A stretch of 62,204 nucleotides of DNA, counting the filler, from Squatina squatina (taxonomy: Eukaryota), in NCBI GenBank assembly GCA_031763465.1. It is 3 parts of 2 records of this genome, joined end to end, with 100 filler letters (N's around TTAATTAATTAA, not from the genome) between each part and the next. Parts side by side here need not be neighbours in the genome. Positions count along the whole stretch, not along the records: positions 24,070 to 47,384 come from JARFOE010000222.1; positions 47,485 to 62,204 come from JARFOE010000001.1; 1 more part is not named here. One strand, written 5' to 3'. The translations under genes and the position numbers were made by a program. Shown here in pieces: positions 40,167 to 53,587 of the stretch; the first letter of the stretch is position 1; each line of letters begins with the position of its first letter. The notes below the pieces were generated by a model, which was given only the letters and a program-made list of their open reading frames with translations, was not told where the DNA came from and searched no databases.

Positions 40167-42820
40167 CTTTTAAGCAGATATATAAAACAGACATTACCAC
40201 AATACAATATCATATTTGGCCATAATAAGCATGAATAATTTCTTCTAATGCCTTGTAGTATGTCACCTATGGCATGGATTCTCTAAGAAATAGGAGGTAG
40301 CACACATTGCGCTGAGGTACTACGCGACAGAATGATAGAATGGCCTTCCCCCACTATTTGCTATGTAATGTTTCTTAAAATTACTGCGGAAATCTTGGGC
40401 AGGTGTCAAGTAGAATGTAAAGAGTTTNNNNNNNNNNNNNNNNNNNNNNNNNNNNNNNNNNNNNNNNNNNNNNNNNNNNNNNNNNNNNNNNNNNNNNNNN
40501 NNNNNNNNNNNNNNNNNNNNNNNNNNNACTCCAAACACTGACAATTTGATTGAATCCAAGAGTCAGTGCTGCACATTATAAGTAGCTCCACCACATGTTT
40601 ACTGGTGATAAACTTTAAAAAAATAGAGCATTTTTTAAGTTTGTAATAAATTAAGTACTCCGATCTTCAGTAAAGTGTGTCTTAAATCTGATGTTTGCAT
40701 TTTAACTTTCACATGCAACTTCCAGGATTGCCTTAAGTAGCCCACAAAAGGGAAAAAAAATTTGAACAGCCCCTAAGGTAAACTAACTTCATGACGAGCC
40801 ACAACCATCCAGATCTGACATTAGTAGTGCGAGCTAGCACACTAAAATAACACTGCAAATCTTAGCAGCAATAAACAGAAGGTATTGACCATTATTTCAC
40901 ATTTTATAAAAATCTATTCAGATCATTACAATCAGGCTACCAGGAGTTACTGCTCAAAATACTTTGGAAAGTATATGTAAAAAGGTACCACGATTCTAAG
41001 GATTAGCATGAAGATGGGTTTTAAGTACTAGGGTTTATATCAGAGCTTTTTAAATCATGTGAATTTTCATAACATATGGATAGCAAATTTACCCTGCATA
41101 CTGAATATATTTCTACATGTTGACTGCAGAATAACAAAACCAGCAATTCGTAATAATTGAACATTCAACTCAGTTAGAAATATCTACGGAAAAATGAAAC
41201 TATTGTATGAGCTACATGCCTTCAGTGTTTCAAACTTCCTCGTGGCTGCAGCATTTTCAGCAATGCTTAGGAATTAGCAAATTTTGCATAGGACTTTCAA
41301 TAGTGATTGAACGCAAAAGAAATCTGTTAGCTGCATAAGGTTTCTTTCAATTCGAAGCAGGTGCAATCACATCACCTCAGTCTTACACATGACTTCTGAC
41401 AAAGCAAAATTGTGTTTTTCTAAAGTATCTATGATTTGGTGAAATCCAAGACGACTACCACTAACAAAAGATTTTTTAGCAATCACAATAATTTTGCAAC
41501 TGTTGAATCAGTTAATATATATTACATAACTTCGCATAATCACATACATTGTCCACATGAACATTATACAACTGAAAACAAAAGATAGCTACCAGTGGCA
41601 ATTTCTTCCAAACCACGCATTAATCAATCAAAACCTCTTTACAATGCAAGTCCTTAGAACACTATTCCAACATACATCAGGGTCGCTGTGAGTAATGTGT
41701 GGAAGTGTTCACCCTCAGTGGTTTTGGGAAGGGAAAGAAATCCATCTAACTCCCATGTTTTTAAGTTAACACATATCACCCAACTGCCTTCCAAAATAGG
41801 AATCAGAGCTTCCAATCAACTGTCCTGTTTGCTTGTTCTATCTGGAACTGTGGGCAATTAAAAATGAAAAGGGAAAGGATCAAAAACCAGAGAAATGGGA
41901 ATCAGAATTTACACTGCAATACCAGGCTCTGGAGATTTTAAATGTAGATCATTTTTGAACACTGTCAATTGGCCTCTTAACTTCATGCATTGCATGATGT
42001 TGCCATAATTGTTCAACCACTCAGTTTAAAAAATTCTTAGATATGGTCAAAAATAAAATCAAATTATCAGTGTGGAAATTCTAAAACAGCTGGATGAAAA
42101 TTTAAATTTGTTTACAGTACAGAACTAATAGATTAAGGCTTTTTTTGCACTTTTTCATCACTACACAATTTGTTGGTAGAATGTAAAATACACAATTTCT
42201 GATTAGCTATTTACACATCCTCTCAGGAACATCGCACAGTGCTTTATATACACGATGAATTACATTCAGTTACTTATATACACAATGGCTTGAGGTTGGG
42301 ATAGAGAGAATTGGGCTTGTTCATAAAGGGAAAAAATGTTCTCAAGTTTCTTCAGTTAAACAAATGAGCCCAAAAAATGTTCTGGGAGATCATACTTGTT
42401 GGGCTGAGTATTTGATTTACTACATTTTTAAAACCCAAGACAAGCATCTCAACCCACCTGAACAGGAATCAAAAAGACCTAAAAGGGATTACATAGAAAA
42501 TCGATGCAAACTACTGACTCACAGGAAACTTGAAGAGTGCCTTGAAAGAAATAATGATTTTTCTCACTCTATTATGGCACCTAATGAGACGAAAGAGCTA
42601 AAGGGCTTCAAGTGGTCCGATCAAGGAGATTTCAGCTCCCATCAATACACAGCAAAGTTAGTGTCATTCAGTCTGCAGTCCATTATATCAAGAAGCCCAA
42701 AGGTTGGCAAACACAGGCAGCGCAGTGCATACTCTGGTGTCAGGCTCACGTTCTTGCAGCAACAGGTAGCACAGGTACGTGACTGCTGAAACGCAACCAC
42801 CTCACACACCGATCCTCTGT

Positions 42821-42978
42821 CAGCAGGGGAGTTCTCCCTGCATCCTGGGGCCAATATTTATCCCTCAACCAACATCGCTAAAAACAGATTATCTGGCCAT
42901 TATCACATTGCCGTTTGTAGAGCTTGCTGTGCACAAATTGGCTGCCAAATTTCCTACATTGCACTTGTAATTACACTA
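42821..42978 (+). mobile_element. DeuSINE 3' half (smaller piece at about 31593-31675)
   Basis: Contains gcaggggagttctccc...gccaatatttatccctcaaccaacatc...cagattatctgg.cattatcacattg...aaattggctgcc. Confidence 0.75.
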
Positions 42979-43205
42979 CCAATGCAAAATTATTTGCTCT
43001 TATACATTTAGTGATAGCAAGAAAACAGAAAGTAATTTGAAAGCAACAGTAAATCAGCAGTGTGTGCTAAATAAAACCAATTCCTTCCACACAAGAATAC
43101 AGAATACTGAACGACAAAACAATCTTATCTGGGTACCATTATGTTTAAAGCTAGAGTATAAGATTGGTAAAGAAGTAGTGGTAAACATCCGTGACTTTCT
43201 GTTAC

Positions 43206-43327
43206 CTGGTGCTGAACTAAATGTAGTGGTAGTGCTGTCCTCTGAGAGAGTGGGGTTGTGTAAGGAATATCTAAGCCCTCATTCTTCTGTCTCTTTAGGC
43301 ACTCCAGGTGAAATGATGATCTTCTCC
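43206..43327 (-). CDS. CACNA1C: CACNA1C distal C-terminal exon
   Basis: ag/gt-bounded. [41 protein letters not shown] matches recalled [15 protein letters not shown]...LPLHLVHHQ. Confidence 0.9.
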
Positions 43328-44187
43328 CTTCAAGAAGCAAGGCACAATAAACAATAAACAAGAGTACGTAAACAATTACTGGTCACTGAAATACTACTGA
43401 GCCCGATGAGGACATACATTGACTGCCACTTTTTGACAAAACCAGAACCAACAATCATTAGACATTTCTTTATTTCTGGTTCAACATTTCATTATTTCTT
43501 GTCTAGTTTTTCATCCCTTTCTCTCTTCTGAAAATAATGGCTTATGGTTTTACTGGTGTGAGAAGCCTTCTTGTAACTCATGCAAGTGATGATTCTTCAT
43601 GAGTGAGACTTTCATGTTTGGAGAGGGGATTGCATCAGCCAACCTGATATACAAGACTGTTTCCTGACTCAACATTTTAATGAAGTCACTAGTGATAATC
43701 ATATATCGGATCTGGTGTTCAGTGGTGAGCCTGACCTCATATCAGGCCTCCATGTGGGGGAACATCTGGGCANNNNNNNNNNNNNNNNNNNNNNNNNNNN
43801 NNNNNNNNNNNNNNNNNNNNNNNNNNNNNNNNNNNNNNNNNNNNNNNNNNNNNNNNNNNNNNNNNNNNNNNNCATATGTGGAGAATACATCTAAGATTCA
43901 GCTCTTTAAAGTGCTTCTGAAAGAGGCAGATTTTAAAGAATTTAATGGTTTAATGAATTTTTCACTAAGTATTCTGACTGGATAAAGTTGAAATGTTCTT
44001 GAAATTTGGCTTAAAGCACACCTGAGAAATGCTAGTACCATTGTGTTAACCACGTGGACAGATCAACCATCATCACCACCAAGGAACTAGAACAATTTCT
44101 GAATTACTCCTAGAACTCATTTGCCTATCAACTATCTTCGTGTTACCTTGCTATTATACCATGTTTTATCATATACTTGGTCAGTTA

Positions 44188-44355
<168 letters not shown>

Positions 44356-44426
44356 TCAGACAGGACAATGAGTTTATCATTAGTTACATTCAAACATAGG
44401 TCCTGAAGTTAAAACCAGAATCTAAT

Positions 44427-44524
44427 CCACTGCACCAAACAATTCCCTCTTACCTGTAACCCACTGCACCAAACAATTCCCTCTTACCTGTGACCCACTG
44501 CACCAAACAATTCCCTCTTACCTG
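44427..44524. repeat. 34-bp tandem repeat, about 2.9 copies
   Basis: ccactgcaccaaacaattccctcttacctg starts at 44427, 44461 and 44495. Confidence 0.95.
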
Positions 44525-44550
44525 AAACATCTAAGTAGGGTAGTGATAAT

Positions 44551-45842
44551 GGGGCAGATTTTCCACTCGGGCCCAAAATGAACGCAATATTGGTACTGTG
44601 TCAGGAGGACCAAATTATTTTCAGGTTTGGATCTGCTTAGAATTTTACCAGTGTCANNNNNNNNNNNNNNNNNNNNNNNNNNNNNNNNNNNNNNNNNNNN
44701 NNNNNNNNNNNNNNNNNNNNNNNNNNNNNNNNNNNNNNNNNNNNNNNNNNNNNNNNNNNNNNNNNNNNNNNNNNNNNNNNNNNNNNNNNNNNNNNNNNNN
44801 NNNNNNNNNNNNNNNNNNNNNNNNNNNNNNNNNNNNNNNNNNNNNNNNNNNNNNNNNNNNNNNNNNNNNNNNNNNNNNNNNNNNNNNNNNNNNNNNNNNN
44901 NNNNNNNNNNNNNNNNNNNNNNNNNNNNNNNNNNNNNNNNNNNNNNNNNNNNNNNNNNNNNNNNNNNNNNNNNNNNNNNNNNNNNNNNNNNNNNNNNNNN
45001 NNNNNNNNNNNNNNNNNNNNNNNNNNNNNNNNNNNNNNNNNNNNNNNNNNNNNNNNNNNNNNNNNNNNNNNNNNNNNNNNNNNNNNNNNNNNNNNNNNNN
45101 NNNNNNNNNNNNNNNNNNNNNNNNNNNNNNNNNNNNNNNNNNNNNNNNNNNNNNNNNNNNNNNNNNNNNNNNNNNNNNNNNNNNNNNNNNNNNNNNNNNN
45201 NNNNNNNNNNNNNNNNNNNNNNNNNNNNNNNNNNNNNNNNNNNNNNNNNNNNNNNNNNNNNNNNNNNNNNNNNNNNNNNNNNNNNNNNNNNNNNNNNNNN
45301 NNNNNNNNNNNNNNNNNNNNNNNNNNNNNNNNNNNNNNNNNNNNNNNNNNNNNNNNNNNNNNNNNNNNNNNNNNNNNNNNNNNNNNNNNNNNNNNNNNNN
45401 NNNNNNNNNNNNNNNNNNNNNNNNNNNNNNNNNNNNNNNNNNNNNNNNNNNNNNNNNNNNNNNNNNNNNNNNNNNNNNNNNNNNNNNNNNNNNNNNNNNN
45501 NNNNNNNNNNNNNNNNNNNNNNNNNNNNNNNNNNNNNNNNNNNNNNNNNNNNNNNNNNNNNNNNNNNNNNNNNNNNNAGAAAAACTTACCTTTTTGGAAT
45601 GGCCTCCAGCTCCGCCCATTTCTCCATGATAACTGCAATCGGGGATACTATAATTGGCGTTGGGCCCCGATTCACATATTTAAACAGCCTCCCACCTGCT
45701 TTGGGCAGGAGGGCTGGGTACCCACTTAAAGGACAGCCTGAAAATTGAACGAGGCAGACACATGTCCAAGTTCTCTGCTAGATCTTCCTCTTCTAGTCGC
45801 CCGTTTTTCAGGCAAGACACAGGCTGATGAAAAATCCTCTCC
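44551..45842. mobile_element. Probable Harbinger-type element spanning the large gap in a CACNA1C intron
   Basis: The left end ggggcagattttc and the right end gaaaaatcctctcc form imperfect terminal inverted repeats. The interior is GC-richer than the flanks. Confidence 0.45.
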
Positions 45843-46011
45843 AGTGATTTTCCCTCTACAAAGCATTTNNNNNNNNNNATCCCTTCAAAAAAATCAATTT
45901 TACAAATAGATGTTCCAAAGTAAGCACCTCATCAACATATCAACATGAAAGAGTATCATAGCTTACCGATCTGAAACTAGACAAGCTATTAAATATTCTA
46001 AAACTTTGTAC

Positions 46012-46114
46012 CTTCAGTTTTGATCCTTAACGCAGTTCGAACCAAAGCAAATAGAGTTGCATTGAACATGACTGTGCCATCACTGTTTAAAGGCATATTC
46101 ATGGATACCAAGCG
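46012..46114 (-). CDS. CACNA1C: CACNA1C proximal C-terminal exon
   Basis: cag/gt-bounded. [34 protein letters not shown] is phase-compatible with the 44351 exon. Confidence 0.93.
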
Positions 46115-47384
46115 CTGCATAAAACAACAAACAACATGGCTTACTGCAATTCAACGAAGCTGATTCCAGAGTTTAGGTCAGTGAGGCATTAAGGTTAGGC
46201 TAAGGAAACTAAGTATATACTCACTGGAAAATCAAAATTTAAGGGATAGAATAATCCAGTTTTAAAAATAATAGAGAATCAATAAGGTTTTGCTCAAAAT
46301 AAGGATAAAAGAACCAGAAAAAGAGAACTANNNNNNNNNNNNNNNNNNNNNNNNNNNNNNNNNNNNNNNNNNNNNNNNNNNNNNNNNNNNNNNNNNNNNN
46401 NNNNNNNNNNNNNNNNNNNNNNNNNNNNNNCCAACAACAGGACAGGAAAGATTGGAGGGAAAAATCAACATTAACTGTTGTCAGGTGCCTGCTAATGAAT
46501 GATTAGAGAGGAACATTGGCCGAACAAAGTCGAACAATAAATGGACTCCCAGTTTTCATTCAAGAAATAGTTTGTAGTCAAAAAGGAGTTTAGGATTAAA
46601 ATAAATTAGGACCAGGAATTGCACTTTTTGAGTGATCCTAACAATTTAATAATATTCTAATATTATAATTACTGATCTATCTTTTTAACATTCTTGAAAC
46701 TCAGACACATGTACACAGAACTTGTAATGAATCATTTGTACTGGCAATAGGTAAAGTTGAGTAATAATTCACTTTGATATACTAAAATAAATAAAAAATG
46801 CTGGATGGCTTGGATAGATTAAAAGGCTGTAATCTAATCAAGGAGTTCAGATGGATTCTACGTCGAGTAATGGCTATCTGTGATAATTACAGGACAGACT
46901 GTAATTCAGGGTTCAGATCGTTTCTATTTAGAATGTCAGCTAGCCAGGGGTGATTACAAGCCTGTAATTTATTTAAGGGGCTCACATGATGGCATTTATT
47001 TGTCACCAGAATCTTGTTATTGTGTTGCCAGCCACACAACTTTCATATTTCTGAATTTATTTGTTTTTGATTAAATTTTATTGTGAACTAATGGGGTTTG
47101 TTAGCAAAGGATCGCACTGAGGTCAGGTATGATGCTGGCTCTTTTTAAGATGTGGATGGCTAATTGAATCTGGGAACCCACTGAATACTGGAGATGCTAG
47201 AGGATTTGACAGAATACTAGGTTATTTTGGATGGAATTTACCATGCTCAATATTACATCCAATATTATATAAGAATTTACAAGTCAATATTACTGCTAAT
47301 GAAATTCATATTTTCCTGTTATGTGTATATTCCTCCATAACCCCATTTCTAACTTCTACTCTAATCCCAATTTGGAGCAGTCTG

Positions 47385-47484
47385 NNNNNNNNNNNNNNNN
47401 NNNNNNNNNNNNNNNNNNNNNNNNNNNNTTAATTAATTAANNNNNNNNNNNNNNNNNNNNNNNNNNNNNNNNNNNNNNNNNNNN
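47385..47484. other. Artificial scaffold linker N44-TTAATTAATTAA-N44
   Basis: The same 12-mer occurs at 47429-47440, with CACNA1C on the left and BLTP1 on the right. Confidence 0.97.
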
Positions 47485-47658
47485 TCCCTGACCATCAGCC
47501 ATCTGTCCTCACTAAATTAGTGATCTAACAGGTGTAACAACTCCTACAGACTTTATAACCTGCTATGCATTCTAATTAGCTCGCCGTCTTAGTCCTGACA
47601 TATGACATAACCTATAAAACTATTGCTGATGATGTGCAATTAAGTTGATTGTGCTTAC

Positions 47659-47815
47659 CCGGTTCTTTGTAAACAGTAAATCAATGGTGGCATCTGCAAT
47701 GATATTCATGCGTAGTTCAAATGCAAGAATCTGCCTTGGCTTTCCAGGTTTTGCTAATTCAGTGACCTTCAGTGTCTGGTAGTCAGCTGGAAAGAAAAAC
47801 TTCCATAAACAGTCC
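47659..47815 (-). CDS. BLTP1: BLTP1/KIAA1109 coding exon
   Basis: cag/gtaag-bounded. Translates to DCLWKFFFPADYQTLKVTELAKPGKPRQILAFELRMNIIADATIDLLFTKNR. Confidence 0.93.
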
Positions 47816-49169
47816 CTGCAAAAAAAAAGCATTTAAAGTGTTAATTTTATTTGGAAGTGGAAGGAGAGGAGAGGACAAATTGCACCGAGACTAACATTTT
47901 GTGATAAAGCAGCCGAATGGTTTCTTTTCTGCATGTTACTGTCATTTTTGGCATATGCTGTGTACCACATATAAAACACATTCATATAATGTACATTTCT
48001 GTAAACTTCAGACACAAATAGCACAATACTCATTAGTCAACAAATATTTTCGTACATTTTGAAACACTATTTGCACCAGACTACCCAGAGGTTAATTACC
48101 TTAACCTATGTGTAATTAACTACATTACCAACAATGAAGTACAAAAACAAAATCAAAAGAAAATGCTTAGAGCATGAGTAGCAATCATCATAACAATAAC
48201 CTCAGGTAATATATGTATACACTAGTCATTCATTAAGGTCAGAGGCAAAGGCCTCTGTCCTCACTTTCTAACTGGACAAAACTCAAATCAGTCCTTCGCT
48301 GATTCTATTCCACAGACATCTTCACTGGATTTAGGTTCATTTGTTTTCTTTTAATAGAAGACTGGAATCAGCAATAAATTGCATTCACCATATCCCAAGA
48401 CAAAAATTCTCAGCAACTTTGAAAATCTTTCAGTGATGAAATTACTGTGGCCACCTATTTCATGAACTATGGTCCTTTTACCAGTGCACATTTTCAGCAG
48501 CCCTGACCAAAATGGTGGTACAAAGCTGATTTAAGTGCATACCAGCATCTGATAAGATTATCTCACTTCATTTCACTCTGCTTAATTTTGTTTATAAAAA
48601 AAACTGCCATTATTAGAAGCTGTCTTTCAACTTCCTTTTAAATGCTGCAAGAAACCTAGAGACCAATGAACAATGCTCTGTACATGTTTGATTGAAGATG
48701 TATAGAACTCTTCCCTTTCTATTTTTTAATAAAGCAACTAGTACAACTGCAGCAGCCTGTGTGCATCACTGCTAAATGCAGCCAGTACAACATCAGTAGG
48801 CACAGTATAAAAATATCATTCGAGGAAGCACTATTTAAGAGTTTTGTGGCATTTAAATGAAACAAAAGAGCAGCTTCAGAGCAAGACTGCTACTGGCTGA
48901 TTTAACGTAAACCTAGAAAACTTCCCCCACATATAATGCTACTGTCCATTGCTGCCTTGTAATGTTGCTTTAACTTTGTGATAAATATAGCATCTCAAAA
49001 GAACTTCACAGATTCCAGTTGGAAAAACAGCTCCCATTTCTAATGCAGATGTACACAAATATAGTACAATTTACAACAGTAACTTGCAGTTATATAGCTC
49101 CTTTAACGTAGAAAAGTCTCCCAATATGCTTCACTGTCACCCAAGGAAAAAAATGAATATGGAGTTCAG

Positions 49170-49505
49170 TAAGGTAGACACAGAGAAACTAGTTCTTCTG
49201 GTGGGAGAATCTGAACAAGGGGATGTATTCTTAAAATTCTAGTTAGTCCATTTGGGATTGAAATCAGGAAGCACTTTTCACACAAAGGGTAGTGGAAATC
49301 TGGTACTCACTTTTATGAAAAGGCTGCATATGCTGAGTCAANNNNNNNNNNGTCAATTTAAATATTTTGAGACTGAGATCAATAGATTCTTGTTAACTAA
49401 GGGCAGAGAAAGATATGGAACAAAGATGGGTAAATGGAGTTGAGGTACAGTTCAGCCAAAATCTAACTGAATGACAGAACAGGCTCGAATTGCATATTCC
49501 TGTAA
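49170..49505 (+). mobile_element. Old CR1 3' fragment
   Basis: gtagacacagagaaact...ttcacacaaagggtagtggaaatctgg...gagatcaatagattcttg is a decayed CR1 3' sequence. Confidence 0.7.
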
Positions 49506-49559
49506 GCAGGAGATATTAGGAGAGCTAATCAAAAGCTTGGTTGCAAGGGTGGGTTTTAA

Positions 49560-49826
49560 CCTCAACAACCTGTATTTATATAGCGCCTTTAACATAGTGA
49601 AACATTCCAAGGGGCTTCACAGGATTATTATGAAATTTAAAAAATTGACACCATGCCGCATAAAGAGAAATTAGGGCAGGTGACCAAAAGCTTGGTGTAA
49701 GAGGTAGGTTTTAAGGAGCTTCTTGAATGAGGGAAGAGAGGTAGAGAGGTTTAGGGAGGGAATTCCAGAGCTTAGGGCCAAAGGCAACAGAAGCCACGGC
49801 CACCAATGGTTGAGCGATTATAATCA
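49560..49826 (-). mobile_element. L2-clade LINE 3' end (related copies at about 22258-22420 minus, 25623-25855 plus and 49070-49135 minus)
   Basis: Encodes AFGPKLWNSLPKPLYLS and carries a ggcgctatataaat...gttgttg-type tail. Confidence 0.75.
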
Positions 49827-50473
49827 NNNNNNNNNNNNNNNNNNNNNNNNNNNNNNNNNNNNNNNNNNNNNNNNNNNNNNNNNNNNNNNNNNNNNNNNNN
49901 NNNNNNNNNNNNNNNNNNNNNNNNNNCACACTAAATAGGTCAATAAAAAATGTATAATTAATATGCAAAACTGCAATTGTAGAGAAAGCAAAGTATCCAA
50001 GGCATGGAATTTATTTAATAAAACAGCTGGCGTATGGTTTAAAGGGCAAATAAATTCACCTCACAGTGATAGAGCCTTTCTGGATCTGTATAACTTTAAA
50101 TTCAGGTAGGGATGATACAAGTAGCCCCAATAGCACTGAGCTCGGGTATGGAAAACACAAAATTCAGCAGGATTCCTGTTCTTGATCACTATGAAATGAA
50201 CCCCGCTAGAAAGTGTGAATATGTGGTCATGATTAGCTTTGACTTTGGCATCTTATGAGCCAAGATGGTGCCTGCATTCATGATAAAATAAGATCACCTC
50301 CTTGGGAAGCTACTGGAGGTCCTCCAGAATCCATACCCCAGCACGAGTTAGAAAACAAATTGGAAAAGAAATCTGATTTTTAACGGTCTTCCAAAACAGC
50401 CTCCATTTGAGCTCAGACAGCGAATGAACAAAAAAAGCTAAATGCAAAATACAAGAGATGTATGTAAACAGAC

Positions 50474-50553
50474 CTGGTTCATCCATGTAGTAATAGATGT
50501 CAACATCATTTGATTGCATTACTACAAAACCCTCTCCCATCAACCGAGGTGGT
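50474..50553 (-). CDS. BLTP1: BLTP1/KIAA1109 coding exon
   Basis: tag/gt-bounded. PPRLMGEGFVVMQSNDVDIYYYMDEP is phase-compatible with the donor after 51763. Confidence 0.93.
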
Positions 50554-51084
50554 CTAGAGTGGAGGAAAATAAAATTAAAAACACTTCTCTTTGGCTGTAC
50601 AATATCTCACACGCTGCCATTGGAGTAATATAGTGCTGCTCCGATTTCCCAGCCAAAAGGCCAACAGGATACCACTGTTGTGTGATTTACTCGCTCTAGC
50701 TATCTAAATGATCCAAGCTGGTGATTTGGGATGGAGTCTACATCCTTGGCTACAAGTAGCATGAGTCCCACCCCATCTCACTTCCACCGGTGGATCTCAG
50801 ACTTTTGGGCCTAATTAAATTAGAATCACTCCATAAGGAATTAAAATACTTTTTTTCAGAATGTATTTCCTACAGAATCATACAAAGTGACAAGATTTCT
50901 GGATGAAAGTGAGATTTGAAGACCTTCCAAATGTAATGTTATATAGTTCTACTTGTGCTNNNNNNNNNNNNNNNNNNNNNNNNNNNNNNNNNNNNNNNNN
51001 NNNNNNNNNNNNNNNNNNNNNNNNNNNNNNNNNNNNNNNNNNNNNNNNNNNNNNNNNNNTTAGATGTGTTTGTAGTTATTTTCA

Positions 51085-51342
51085 GAATTCACATTTATAC
51101 TTATAGTGGCTCCATACAAACGGGAACTCGCAATAAGTATGAATGGGAATACTCCTACCTTGATTGGTTGGGCCTGCCACATGATCCGAGCCACGCATGC
51201 GAAACACGTACGCTGTGGGGATACGTGGGCCTCTGTGCTGGCATAGAACTGCAAGCGTGCAAAACTACCAGGTACTTTCGTAAAACTTTTACACGTCGGA
51301 GGCTTTCACCTGCAAGAAGCCTCCGACTTCAATTTTCGGGCC
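51085..51342. mobile_element. Second copy of the MITE-like family (partial third copy at about 53110-53225)
   Basis: Similar by eye to 34713-35004. Ends in aattttcgggcc. Confidence 0.65.
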
Positions 51343-51762
51343 AATATGTTTGCTCTATACAAGAAACAATTGATTGTTGAGAAATTAGAGTATTAAAAAT
51401 AACTTGAATGCATCAATATACAAACATCCAATATAAATGTGATGTGACTAAGAAATAATGATTATTATATTTTTGTGCACATTATGTATGTAATATACTT
51501 CAGAGCATTAGTGTACTGCTTCAGCTATCAGAAACAAGAGGTTGACATCCTGTAGAACACTGAATTTATTCTTGCAACATTTGGAAATCTATGTTTTATG
51601 CACGACTGCAGATGTAATATAAATATTTGCATATATAACAAGTGATAACATCAAATATTTTGAGAATTTACAAATAAACATTCATAATACAAAGGAGCAC
51701 TATCTCTATAAGTTATTGCATTTAATATATCTTTATGGCAACAAAACAGAAATTCTTCATAC

Positions 51763-51956
51763 TCATCATTTTGCAGGGAAACGTGTCTTGGACTAGGAAC
51801 TAGCATGACTCTAACATTTTCCAATTTTCCCTTCACAATGTGCATAAATTGGTCAAGATGGCTAGAAGGTGGTTTTGTGGTATATGTCAGGAAAGCATCA
51901 TCAAAATTTATGCAGAGCGTCTGAGGCAAAAAGCGGTTCCCAAATGCCAAACGACC
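51763..51956 (-). CDS. BLTP1: BLTP1/KIAA1109 coding exon
   Basis: GRLAFGNRFLPQTLCINFDDAFLTYTTKPPSSHLDQFMHIVKGKLENVRVMLVPSPRHVSLQND(E), with canonical splice sites. Confidence 0.94.
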
Positions 51957-52150
51957 CTAGAAACAAAATATTTAATTAGTACAACTGAACTAATGAGGGG
52001 TAAGCTGTAATAATTACCACAGTGTTTCAGCACCTCACTGAAATACATGCAATGTAAACACCAAAACAGTAAAACTAAGCTGCCAAGCTCTCAAAAGTTT
52101 ATCAAGTAACAATAATAAACTTTTAACATTTTTGTTAATATAACATAAAA

Positions 52151-52286
52151 TCTAGGCTGACATTCAGTGCAGTGCTGCACTGTCGGAGGTGCCGTCTTTC
52201 GGATGAGACATTAAACCAAGGCCCTTCTGCTCTCTCAGGTAGACGTAAAAGATCCCATGGCACTATTTTGAAGAAGAGGAGAGTTA
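52151..52286 (+). mobile_element. DeuSINE (SacSINE1/AmnSINE1-like) fragment
   Basis: gtgctgcactgtcggaggtgccgtctttcggatgagacattaaacc...gacgtaaaagatcccatggcactatt matches my recall of the Deu domain. Confidence 0.8.
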
Positions 52287-52813
52287 NNNNNNNNNNNNNN
52301 NNNNNNNNNNNNNNNNNNNNNNNNNNNNNNNNNNNNNNNNNNNNNNNNNNNNNNNNNNNNNNNNNNNNNNNNNNNNNNNNNNNNNNAATATTAGTACCTT
52401 TCTGAAGGAGCTAAGATATTTTATTACAAACAATTCATAACATAATGTAGTAGTGCTCCAGAGCACCAATACATAAAGCAATCACACATAGGTTTGCCCA
52501 CAGATTCACCCTCATATCATAGTAAGCCATACAACTTCAAACATATTCAAATGCTTTCCAAGTAAATCTTAAGGCAATTCTGTGGTTCAGATCACAGGAG
52601 ATTGATGTTTGTGCATTACCATAAGTTGTAGAATTGGAGAATTGTAGATCCACATTTTTGTTTTAGTGGTCAGTACAAGGGAGCTGATTATAGCAGTGCA
52701 AACATAAGGAGCTGGTATAATAACATCACTCTCCAGCAACTCAAGCTAATTAACTGCAAAATATAAAGGCATCAGAACAGAGCTGGTAAATACATTAAAA
52801 CTAGTTTCCATAC

Positions 52814-52994
52814 CTTTCAAGTTTAGACTTTGCTTTCTCCCGGTTTTTCTTGATCTTTGTGTTTTCCCTTTTAGGAATGATTGTTGGTTCCAATCCAAAC
52901 AGTTCTTGTAAATGTGCATACAGGTCATAACGATTGTAAACATGAAATTCAAAGCTATTCACTGTTATATACAATCTAGTTTCTGATTTTGGAT
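52814..52994 (-). CDS. BLTP1: BLTP1/KIAA1109 coding exon
   Basis: (D)PKSETRLYITVNSFEFHVYNRYDLYAHLQELFGLEPTIIP...SKLE(R), with canonical splice sites. Confidence 0.93.
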
Positions 52995-53306
52995 CTAAAA
53001 CAAAAACAAACAGTAGATACAATCTTGGTTAATGTAACATGTAAAATGTCATTGCCTAAAATTATGACAGGTTGTCAACTAAACTGGAAAAGTGCATTTC
53101 TAAAACGATCCTCTGATTGTTTGATTGGTTGGGCAAGCCCACATGATCCCAGGGGTGCTTACGAACCGCATGCGCGCCTGGGATATGTGGGCCTCTACGC
53201 AGGCCTTCACATAGAGGCCCAGGAGCTCAAGTGATTGTTTTACAAATTGATTAAAAATCACTCACAACACTACCATTTTAAATAACATTTTAATTCATAT
53301 CAGCCT

Positions 53307-53587
53307 CAGTACAGTGCTAGCACTCTTGCACGTGTCAAAAGCTCATGGTTACCAGGCCTACTCAAAGGACTTGAGCAGATAATCTAGGTTGACGCTTCAG
53401 TGGAGTACTGAAAGAAAAGTGCATTGTCAGAGGTGCCATCTTTCAGGAGAGACATTCAACCAAATTCCTGACTGTCTGTACAGGTGGACTTAAAAGATCC
53501 CATGAAACTCAAAGAGCATGGGAATATTCCTGGCCAATATTTCTCTTTCAATCAACACCTACAAAGGACAGATTAACTAATCATTTA
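53307..53587 (+). mobile_element. Older DeuSINE copy including head region
   Basis: Contains ggacttgagc..ataatctagg.tgac...gtcagaggtgccatctttc...taaaagatcccatg and aligns with the 52151 copy. Confidence 0.75.

Noticed and set aside
42364-42789. 141-aa plus-strand ORF antisense to CACNA1C
   Set aside because: No recognisable domain, splice architecture or codon signal. It is plausibly a chance ORF.
44598-45748. Long ORFs of 321-373 aa in the ORF track
   Set aside because: They consist almost entirely of N-gap translation. The same applies to the other X-rich ORFs.
47385-47484. CACNA1C-BLTP1 adjacency (and likewise AFAP1-MKRN1 at the first linker)
   Set aside because: The genes are separated by artificial linkers, so this is not real synteny.
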